Program-made: the position numbers and the translations under genes
Shown: one piece after another, positions 1 through 6,634 of the stretch
Layout of the letters: every line of letters begins with the position of its first letter
Numbering within the stretch: position 1 is the stretch's first letter
Source: Candidatus Fervidifonticultor quintus
Lineage (GTDB): Bacteria; Sysuimicrobiota; Sysuimicrobiia; Sysuimicrobiales; Humicultoraceae
Assembly (NCBI GenBank): GCA_031459535.1
Contig: JAVKIJ010000085.1
Coordinates: forward strand, 1 to 12,569
Direction of reading: 5' to 3'
Length of the DNA stretch: 12,569 nt
Notes under the pieces: model-generated
Databases searched by the model: none
What the model saw: only the letters and a program-made list of their open reading frames with translations
Told to the model about the DNA's origin: nothing

Positions 1-1
1 C

Positions 2-352
2 CTGGAGTATGCCACGACGCCGGAACTCGTGGTCGCCATGCTCCAGCGCATCGATCACCCCGCCCTGGGGCTCACCCTGGACCTCGCCCACCAGTTCTCC
101 AACGGGGACGAACTGCGGCTGGACGCGCTGCTGACGCACATCATCCATGTGCACGTCTCCGGGTCTACCCGGGACAGGGTGCACGTGCCGCTGGCCGAGG
201 GAATCTACGCCCTGGAGCCGGCGCTGGCGGCGCTGGAGCAGGCGTTTGGCGGCATGGTGGTAATCGAGGGTTACGTGCGCGGCCGCGCCCGGGAGACGCT
301 GGCGGACAACCTCCGGGTGATGACGGAACTGCTGAATCCCCCGGCGCCGTAG
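2..352 (+). CDS. Sugar phosphate isomerase/epimerase family (xylose isomerase-like TIM barrel), 5'-truncated by the window edge
   Basis: The frame is open from position 2 (LEYATTPELVVAML...). Motifs 'LGLTLDLAH', 'IIHVHVSG', 'HVPLAEG' and 'VVIEG' match the C-terminal metal-binding strands of this family. Stop TAG at 350-352. Confidence 0.8.
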   Translation: MEYATTPELVVAMLQRIDHPALGLTLDLAHQFSNGDELRLDALLTHIIHVHVSGSTRDRVHVPLAEGIYALEPALAALEQAFGGMVVIEGYVRGRARETLADNLRVMTELLNPPAP

Positions 353-357
353 CCGGC

Positions 358-1719
358 CTACAGATCCGCGAAGCCGTCCAGGATGCGCGCGATGTGCCGG
401 GCGGCGTTGAGGAAGTCCACGAGCCGCACGTGCTCGTCGGGCGCGTGGGTACGGTTGCCCGCATACCCGACTCCGGCCGTCACGACCGGAATGCCCAGGG
501 GTCGGGAGAAGGCGTAGATGGGACTGCTGCCGCCGCCGATGGGCCTGACCTGCGCCGGGACGCCGTAGACCTCTTGGGCGGCGCGCACCGTCAACCCGAC
601 CAGGGGGTCGTCTACCGGGACGCGCGCCGGCCACATCGCACCGAGCCTGCGCACCGCCACGTCGGGAAACCCTTCCCGGTCGAGGTGCGACCGCAATTTG
701 GCGAAGATGTCCTCCGGGTCCTGCCACGGCACCAGGCGGAAGTCGATCTTGCACGTGGCCGTGGCCGGAATCACGGTCTTCATCCCGGGTCCCTGGTAGC
801 CGGCGGCGATGCCGGCGATGTTGCAGGTCGGCTCGAAGATCGCCTGGCTCAGGGCCCGGCCGGAGGCGCCGCGCACGAACGCGCCGACCCCGTAGGTCTG
901 ACGCAGCCACGGCTCCTCGTCGGGGAGCGCGGCCAGCATCTCCAAATCTCGCGTCGAGGGCGGCTCGACGTCGTCGTAGAACCCGCGGATCAAGACCCGA
1001 TGGTCGGGGCCCACCAGCGTCGCGAGCGCCCGGTGCAGCCGCCATGCGGCGTTGGGCAGGATGTGGGCGGCCCCGGAGTGCGCGTCACGCGCCATGGTCT
1101 GGACCTCCAGTTCGACGGCGAGGATGCCCCGGCGGCCCAGGGTGGTTTCCGGTCGGCCCGAGGCGGCCAGGCCTCCTTCCTCCCAGACGGCGCCGTGACA
1201 GCGCAGGGCATCCCGGTGCGCGCGCACGAACTCGGCGATGTGCGGGCTGCCGATCTCCTCTTCGCCTTCCACGACGAAGAGCACGCCGCAGGGCAGGCCG
1301 CCGTCTCCCGCGGCGCGCGCTGCCTCCACCGCGGCGAGGCGGGCGATGAACTCGCCCTTGTCGTCCTTGGCGCCGCGGGCGTAGAGGGCGCCGTCCCGCA
1401 GAGTCGGCTCGAATGGTGGTGACGTCCACAGGTCCAGCGGATCGGGTGGCTGGACGTCGTAGTGGTTGTAGAAGAGCATCGTGCGCTCCGAGCGGCCGCC
1501 CGCGCGGCCGACGACAATGGGGTTGCCAGGCGTGGCCACCCGTTCCACGCGAAAGCCGTGCCGCTCCAGGATCTGCGCGACCAGGGCGGCGCACTCCAGG
1601 GTGCCCTCGCCCGTGGCAGAGACGCTGGGCTGGGCGCAGAGCTCGGCCGTCTCGGCGATGTATCCGTCGAGGCCTGCCTGCAGGAATGCGTCAATGCGCG
1701 CGGCGCGGTCCGACGACAT
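358..1719 (-). CDS. M20/M25/M40 family metallo-hydrolase (ArgE/DapE/dipeptidase-like), 453 aa
   Basis: Zn-ligand motifs 'YNHYDVQP', 'YARGAKDDKG', 'EGEEEIGS' and C-terminal 'HAPDE'. Dimerisation-domain motifs 'DAHSG' and 'KTVIP...IDFRLVP'. Confidence 0.93.
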   Translation of the reverse strand: MSSDRAARIDAFLQAGLDGYIAETAELCAQPSVSATGEGTLECAALVAQILERHGFRVERVATPGNPIVVGRAGGRSERTMLFYNHYDVQPPDPLDLWTSPPFEPTLRDGALYARGAKDDKGEFIARLAAVEAARAAGDGGLPCGVLFVVEGEEEIGSPHIAEFVRAHRDALRCHGAVWEEGGLAASGRPETTLGRRGILAVELEVQTMARDAHSGAAHILPNAAWRLHRALATLVGPDHRVLIRGFYDDVEPPSTRDLEMLAALPDEEPWLRQTYGVGAFVRGASGRALSQAIFEPTCNIAGIAAGYQGPGMKTVIPATATCKIDFRLVPWQDPEDIFAKLRSHLDREGFPDVAVRRLGAMWPARVPVDDPLVGLTVRAAQEVYGVPAQVRPIGGGSSPIYAFSRPLGIPVVTAGVGYAGNRTHAPDEHVRLVDFLNAARHIARILDGFADL

Positions 1720-1758
1720 GGCTGGACCCTCTGGGCGGCTCGAGACCGGGATGCGCGC

Positions 1759-2946
1759 TCAGGCCGGCACAGCCGGCCGGTACTTGGGCAGCGCCTCTCG
1801 CATGCGGCGGATGCCCTCGCGGATGTTCTCCTGACTGTTGGCGTACGAGAACCGCAGGTATCCGCGCCCCCCGTCCCCGAACGCGGTGCCTGCCAGGCAG
1901 GCCACACCCGCCTCGTCGAGCAGGAAGGCGCCCAGCCGCTTGACGTCCGTGTCGATGGCGGCCACATTGGGAAATGCGTAAAAGGCCCCGCGCGGCATGC
2001 GGCAGCGCACGCCCTCGATCTGCGTCAGCGCGTCGATGATGATCTGGCGCCGCGCCCGAAACTCGGCCACCATGCGATCCACGCTGTCCTGCGGACCGGA
2101 CAACGCCGCGATGGTGGCAATCTGCGAGAACGCCGCCGCGCAGGAGCTGGAGTTGATCATCAACTGGGCCATCTTCTCCGCGAGCTCCGGCCGCATGACG
2201 CCGAAGCCGATGCGCCACCCGGTCATCGCGTAGGTCTTGGACAGGCCGTCCAGAATGATGGTCCGGTCCTGCATCCCGGGCACCGCGGCGATGCTGTAGT
2301 GCGTGCCCTCGTAGAGGATGCGGCTGTAGATCTCGTCGCTGAGCACGTAGGCTCCGGTGGGCAGCACCGCTTCGGCGACGGCCTCCACGTCCGCGCGGTC
2401 CAGCGCCGATCCGCACGGGTTATGGGGGGAGTTGAGCACCACCATCCGCGTGCGCGGGCTCAGCATGGCCCGGAACTCATCGAGGTCGAACCGGAAGTCG
2501 TTCTCCTCCCGCAACCGGATCGGCCGGAGCGTGGCACCGATGAACCGGGCGATCGATTCGTAGATGGGATACCCGGGATCTGGGTAGATCACCTCGTCAC
2601 CAGGGTTGACCAGCGACAGCATAGCGAACAGCAGGACGTTCTTGGACCCCGGCGTGATGACCACGTTGTCGGCGTCCACCTTGATGCCCCGGGTGCGCGC
2701 CATGTAGTCGGCCACGGCCTGGCGGGCCTCCATGATGCCCGCGGCGGGGGTGTAGTGCGTGTACCCGTCGCGCATCGCTCGGATGGCCGCCTCCATGATG
2801 TGGGTGGGTGTGTCGAAGTCAGGCTCGCCGATCTCCAGGTGGATGATGTGGCGGCCCTGGGCTTCCAACCGTCGGGCGCGGGCCAGGACTTCGAACGCGG
2901 TCTCGGTCCCCAGCGCACTCATCCGAAGGGCAAACTCGATGTCCAC
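1759..2946 (-). CDS. PLP-dependent aminotransferase class I/II (aspartate aminotransferase-like), 395 aa
   Basis: Motifs 'IGEPDFDTP', 'NSPHNPCG', 'SDEIY', PLP lysine motif 'GLSKTYAMTGWRIG', 'GAFYAFP', 'YLRFSYA'. GTG start preceded by a GAGGAGG RBS. Confidence 0.95.
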   Translation of the reverse strand: MDIEFALRMSALGTETAFEVLARARRLEAQGRHIIHLEIGEPDFDTPTHIMEAAIRAMRDGYTHYTPAAGIMEARQAVADYMARTRGIKVDADNVVITPGSKNVLLFAMLSLVNPGDEVIYPDPGYPIYESIARFIGATLRPIRLREENDFRFDLDEFRAMLSPRTRMVVLNSPHNPCGSALDRADVEAVAEAVLPTGAYVLSDEIYSRILYEGTHYSIAAVPGMQDRTIILDGLSKTYAMTGWRIGFGVMRPELAEKMAQLMINSSSCAAAFSQIATIAALSGPQDSVDRMVAEFRARRQIIIDALTQIEGVRCRMPRGAFYAFPNVAAIDTDVKRLGAFLLDEAGVACLAGTAFGDGGRGYLRFSYANSQENIREGIRRMREALPKYRPAVPA

Positions 2947-3088
2947 GACGCGTCCTCCTCGCCTGGTGTTCGTCGAGGCCTCGCCGGCTTACAGGCCCCG
3001 TGGTCCATCCAGGGATGGGCTTCTGCGGCGCGCCCGGCACTCCTGCGGACGGGCTGGGGCGTGCCGCGGCCATCCGGCTGGTACCCGA

Positions 3089-3117
3089 TTGGCCCGGCAG
3101 ATCGGCTTTGCTACACT
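3089..3117 (+). promoter_or_regulatory. Putative sigma70-type promoter for the dehydrogenase gene
   Basis: TTGGCC (3089-3094), 17 bp spacer, TACACT (3112-3117), with an extended -10 TG (TGcTACACT). It lies in the divergent intergenic region about 50 bp upstream of ATG 3170. Confidence 0.5.
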
Positions 3118-3169
3118 TCGTGAGGACTTGGCGCACCGCATGTTCAAACCCGGGACGGGTGGAGGCGGT

Positions 3170-4138
3170 ATGACCCCTATCAGTGTGGTTTCCTACGGAC
3201 TCGGCCCCATCGGCGCAAGCATCGCCCTCCACGCGCTGGACGTCGGGTACCGGATCGTCGGGGCCGTGGACATCGACCCCGAGAAGGCCGGGCGCGACCT
3301 TGGCGCGCTGATCGGCCGCGACCCCCTCGGCGTCACGATCACGGCTGACCCGGCCGAGGCGCTGGCCCGCGGACCTCAGGTTGTGCTGCACTCCACGCAG
3401 TCCCACATCCCCGAGGTCCTCTCTCAGATCCTGGAGTGCCTGGAGGCCGGCGCGTGCGTGGTGTCCACGTGCGAGGAAATGGCTTTTCCGTGGTACCGGC
3501 ATCCGGCCGCGGCACACAGGATCGATCGGGTCGCCAAGGCGAAGCACGTTGCCGCCGTCGGCGTCGGCGTGAACCCCGGCTTCGTCATGGATTTGCTGCC
3601 GGTGGTACTGACCGCGCCCTGCCGCGACGTCCGGTCCATCCACGTGACCCGCGTGGTGGACGCCGGCAAGCGGCGTCTCCCTCTACAGCGCAAGGTCGGC
3701 GCGGGCATGACGCGGGCAGAGTTTGTGGCGGGCGTGGCCGAAGGACGCCTGGGACACGTAGGACTCCAGGAATCGGTGGCCATGATCGCCGATGCGCTCG
3801 GCTGGCAGCTCGATGGCATCACCGAAGACATTGAGCCGGTCGCCGACGGCGAGCAGGTCAGGGGACTGCACCAGGTCGCCCGGGGCTCCCAGGGCGGCCG
3901 CCCGGTCATCACACTGGACCTGACCATGGCCGTGGGCGCGCCGAACCCGCGCGACAGCATCGTCATCGAGGGAGACCCCCCACTCCATGTCACGGCCGCC
4001 GGGGGCGTGCACGGGGACATCGCCACCTGTGCGATCGCCGTCAATGCCATCCCTCGCATACTGGAGGCGCCGCCCGGGCTGACCGCGGTCCACCGTCTGC
4101 CCCCGCTCCGATACGGCGACGCCCGCTCATCCTGGTAA
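3170..4138 (+). CDS. NAD(P)-dependent dehydrogenase, 2,4-diaminopentanoate dehydrogenase (Ord) / DapB-N-like family, 322 aa
   Basis: Start reassigned to ATG 3170 (GGAGG at 3161-3165). Rossmann motif 'YGLGPIG', then 'GAVDIDPEKAG', 'VVSTCEEM', 'GVNPGFVMD' and C-terminal 'GGVHGDIATCAIAVNAIP...APPGL'. Confidence 0.8.
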   Translation: MTPISVVSYGLGPIGASIALHALDVGYRIVGAVDIDPEKAGRDLGALIGRDPLGVTITADPAEALARGPQVVLHSTQSHIPEVLSQILECLEAGACVVSTCEEMAFPWYRHPAAAHRIDRVAKAKHVAAVGVGVNPGFVMDLLPVVLTAPCRDVRSIHVTRVVDAGKRRLPLQRKVGAGMTRAEFVAGVAEGRLGHVGLQESVAMIADALGWQLDGITEDIEPVADGEQVRGLHQVARGSQGGRPVITLDLTMAVGAPNPRDSIVIEGDPPLHVTAAGGVHGDIATCAIAVNAIPRILEAPPGLTAVHRLPPLRYGDARSSW

Positions 4139-5416
4139 CTCCGGCAAGCGGCGCTGCGCGACGGCGCAGTGCCCCTCGCACGCTCCCGGGATCAGGACCC
4201 GCCGGCGCCTGGCCACCATGTCGTAGAGCCTCTGCCCGGCCACCACGCGCACGGCAGCCAGGAGTGGAACCACGGGCCACAGGACGACGAGGCGCCCACC
4301 GATGGCCACGATCGCGTCGAGCCCTTCTTTGACCGCGCCCGAGGCCGTGACGGCCTGAATGCGGCGGGTCGCGCGGTCCGCGTCCAGACCATGGGTCTCG
4401 AGCACCCCGGGGTCGCGGAACGAGACGAACTGCACCAGTGACAGAATGTCGCACCGGGCCCACCGGCGGACGCTCCGCGTGCACAGCAGGCACCAGCCGT
4501 CGTAGAGCACGACCAGGTGCCACCGCCTTCGCAGCCATCCGGCCAGTTGCCGGTACTCGCCGTCGGTCAGAAGCAGGGGGTAGAGACTCAGCATGCTCCA
4601 GGCGAAGGTGACGAGGCCCATGAGTGCGGCGATGGCGCTGTGAAAGGCCACTCCAGCGGCAATCATCGCATACCGGGTCCACCGGTTGAGCAGCAACGGG
4701 AGGAACATGATCTCGAAGAGCACCGTGCCGTACGTGGCGCCGACTACCAGGTACGGATTGCGATAGACGAGAGCGGCCGCGCGCGGCCAGGAGAACTCGT
4801 CCACCCGCAGGACGTAGTACAGGGCGGTGCCATTCTGCCACATCTCTCCCATGGCCTTGTACAGGCCGGTGCTCATGTACAGGAGCGACAGCTGGGCGAT
4901 GATGAGCAGGACCCCCGCATTGTGGGCGATGGCCCGCACCTGGCGCCACCACGGCGGCAGCGGGCGATCTGGTCGGCGCGCGTCCAACGAGAAATGGGCG
5001 CCCGCGTCAACGAGCACCAGGAAGAGCAGCGCCAGGCGCATGATGTTGTCGCCACCGTCGGTAATGAATGGATTCCGCATCTGCAGCGACCAGAGCAGCA
5101 GCCAGTGTAACGCGGTCGAGAGCCGCGTCCGGTACCCGAGAGTGAACGACAACGCGACCACCATGCCCGCCAGGTAGACCGCCTCGAAGAAGAGGGGTGA
5201 CGGGCTGAGCTGCCAGACCGAGAACGGCGGTTGTAGCCCCACGAACCGGTCGTGCGGCCAGATCCCGGCCGGCCCCCACAGCAGATGGCGGACGGGGACG
5301 TGCAGCGCGTAGTAGTAGAGGGCCCACATCCCCAGCAGGATGCGGACCAGCGAGGCTCCCACCAGCCAGCGTTCCTGGGAGAACCAGACCAGTACCCGTG
5401 CACCCAGAATCCGCAC
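4127..5416 (-). CDS. SdpB-like HTTM-domain membrane protein (vitamin K-dependent gamma-carboxylase-like) fused to a C-terminal DCC1/DUF393 thiol-disulfide oxidoreductase domain, about 429 aa
   Basis: Multiple TM helices with HTTM motifs 'LGYRTR', 'RNPFITDGGDNIMRL', 'QLSLLYMSTGLYK...W.NGTALYY' and 'FH.AIAALMGL.TF'. C-terminal 'VLYDGWCLLC' DCC motif. Start chosen at GTG 5416 (GAGGTGA SD, 5 nt spacer); GTG 5425 overlapping the upstream stop is an alternative. Confidence 0.85.
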   Translation of the reverse strand: MRILGARVLVWFSQERWLVGASLVRILLGMWALYYYALHVPVRHLLWGPAGIWPHDRFVGLQPPFSVWQLSPSPLFFEAVYLAGMVVALSFTLGYRTRLSTALHWLLLWSLQMRNPFITDGGDNIMRLALLFLVLVDAGAHFSLDARRPDRPLPPWWRQVRAIAHNAGVLLIIAQLSLLYMSTGLYKAMGEMWQNGTALYYVLRVDEFSWPRAAALVYRNPYLVVGATYGTVLFEIMFLPLLLNRWTRYAMIAAGVAFHSAIAALMGLVTFAWSMLSLYPLLLTDGEYRQLAGWLRRRWHLVVLYDGWCLLCTRSVRRWARCDILSLVQFVSFRDPGVLETHGLDADRATRRIQAVTASGAVKEGLDAIVAIGGRLVVLWPVVPLLAAVRVVAGQRLYDMVARRRRVLIPGACEGHCAVAQRRLPELPG

Positions 5417-5421
5417 GGCGA

Positions 5422-6063
5422 TCACCTCGCGGGCTGATAGGCGTCCCACGGGAGCCCGATGAACCGGGTGAGCCCCGCGGAGGCCGGCAGATCCCGCCTC
5501 GACCACGCCGGCGGGGTGTGCATGAGGATCCGCATCTGCACCGCTCTCGTCTGTCCCGATCCGACGACCCGATCGCAGGCCATTGACGCGGTGCGACGAA
5601 GCAGGTAGGCTCCTGCGTCTCGAAGCCTGTCCACGACCGGCCCCTCCCGGCGGCAGGCCGGGGAGTTGGGCGTGCGCTTGCAGATCACCTGACGCCACTC
5701 GTCGTGGGTGACCCCCAGGAACAGCCTGATGGCATTCTGCTGGACACGCAGGATGCGGCCCATGGGTGACGTCCGATTCCTGTGGTGGCGCGCGAGCAGG
5801 GGCTGTGTGGCGTCGATCCATGGTGATGTGACGGTCTGGGTGCGACAGCGCACCGACAGCACGTAGTTGGTGCGAATGGGGTTAGGGGCGAAGAGATGCC
5901 AGTTCTGCGCGAATAGCGGGTGCGCGAGCCGGAAGACGACCGGTAGCCACTGGGCCTTGACCGGGTTCGGCGGCGTCAGGTACAGCACGGTATTCGCGAG
6001 GTAGAGCCCCGCGGCTGCCAGGACGACGATGAGAACGACCGTGGGTAGGATGACGCGTTGCAC
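5422..6063 (-). CDS. SdpA / DUF5819 family protein, 213 aa
   Basis: N-terminal TM helix, then 'LYLTPPNPVK' and the signature 'PLFAQNWHLFAPNP'. Lies directly upstream of the HTTM gene. GTG 6063 has a GAGGAGG RBS. Confidence 0.82.
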   Translation of the reverse strand: MQRVILPTVVLIVVLAAAGLYLANTVLYLTPPNPVKAQWLPVVFRLAHPLFAQNWHLFAPNPIRTNYVLSVRCRTQTVTSPWIDATQPLLARHHRNRTSPMGRILRVQQNAIRLFLGVTHDEWRQVICKRTPNSPACRREGPVVDRLRDAGAYLLRRTASMACDRVVGSGQTRAVQMRILMHTPPAWSRRDLPASAGLTRFIGLPWDAYQPAR

Positions 6064-6081
6064 TGCAGACCTCCTCGGGCC

Positions 6082-6110
6082 GCCTGGGGGAGGGAGGCCT
6101 TCCCCCAGGC
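6082..6110 (-). promoter_or_regulatory. Intergenic GC-rich stem-loop (mRNA stabiliser or attenuator candidate)
   Basis: Perfect 10-bp inverted repeat GCCTGGGGGA (6082-6091) / TCCCCCAGGC (6101-6110) with a 9-nt spacer. No U-tract on the minus strand. Confidence 0.65.
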
Positions 6111-6133
6111 ATTCTTCCAGCCCAAAGCCGGCT

Positions 6134-6553
6134 CTAGGGGGCCGGGTCGAAGAGCTCAGGCACGAGCTGCGTCTGGAGCTGCCCTGGCGCCTCGCCGCCG
6201 AGACGTTCGGCGGCCCACTTGGCAGCCTCAAGGGCGAGCGCCTGAAGCCCGGCGGTGACCGCGGCCAACGCGATCTCGCGCCACCACTCTGGCGATGAGA
6301 GGCTCTCTTCCTGGCTGTAGGCGTAGTCGCCGCCGTAGTCGCCCACGTACGCCACATCGCCGTCGACACCCATGTCGGCCATGCCCGTCAGGGCCGACGA
6401 TACGGGCAGGCATTGCCCCGACATCTGCGCCGGAGCCCCGTGGCACTGCCGGAAGGCCGTGCTGGCCTCCGGAAGAGGCTGCGCCCTCGACCCCCGCACG
6501 GCTACCGCCGTGACGAGAAACACCAGGACCAGCAATCCTGCAACCGTCTTCAC
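6134..6553 (-). CDS. Secreted hypothetical protein, putative peptide/toxin precursor, 139 aa
   Basis: GTG 6553 with a GGAGGGG RBS. Sec-type signal peptide 'MKTVAGLLVLVFLVTAVA', two Cys, an acidic linker and an amphipathic Ala/Leu/Trp helix ending in GG. Located between the CPBP and sdpA-like genes. Confidence 0.75.
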   Translation of the reverse strand: MKTVAGLLVLVFLVTAVAVRGSRAQPLPEASTAFRQCHGAPAQMSGQCLPVSSALTGMADMGVDGDVAYVGDYGGDYAYSQEESLSSPEWWREIALAAVTAGLQALALEAAKWAAERLGGEAPGQLQTQLVPELFDPAP

Positions 6554-6634
6554 ACAAATCCCCTCCCTCTGCCGACCGTGGTCCGGCCGAGCCCGCTGTG
6601 ACTTCACCCCATTTATCGGCAGCGAGTGGGGCAG

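Noticed and set aside
1462-3123. 553-aa plus-strand ORF (and 394-1422)
   Set aside because: Antisense to the aminotransferase and M20 genes, which carry clear family motifs.
2759-3169. N-terminal extension of the dehydrogenase ORF
   Set aside because: It overlaps the opposite-strand aminotransferase. The Rossmann motif, RBS and promoter support ATG 3170.
5426-5821. N-terminal extension of the HTTM ORF given in the track (start 5821)
   Set aside because: It overlaps the SdpA-like gene in another frame and is Pro/Arg/Gly-rich. A good SD precedes GTG 5416.
6064-6369. N-terminal extension of the SdpA-like ORF (start 6369)
   Set aside because: It overlaps the precursor gene and the hairpin. GAGGAGG supports GTG 6063.
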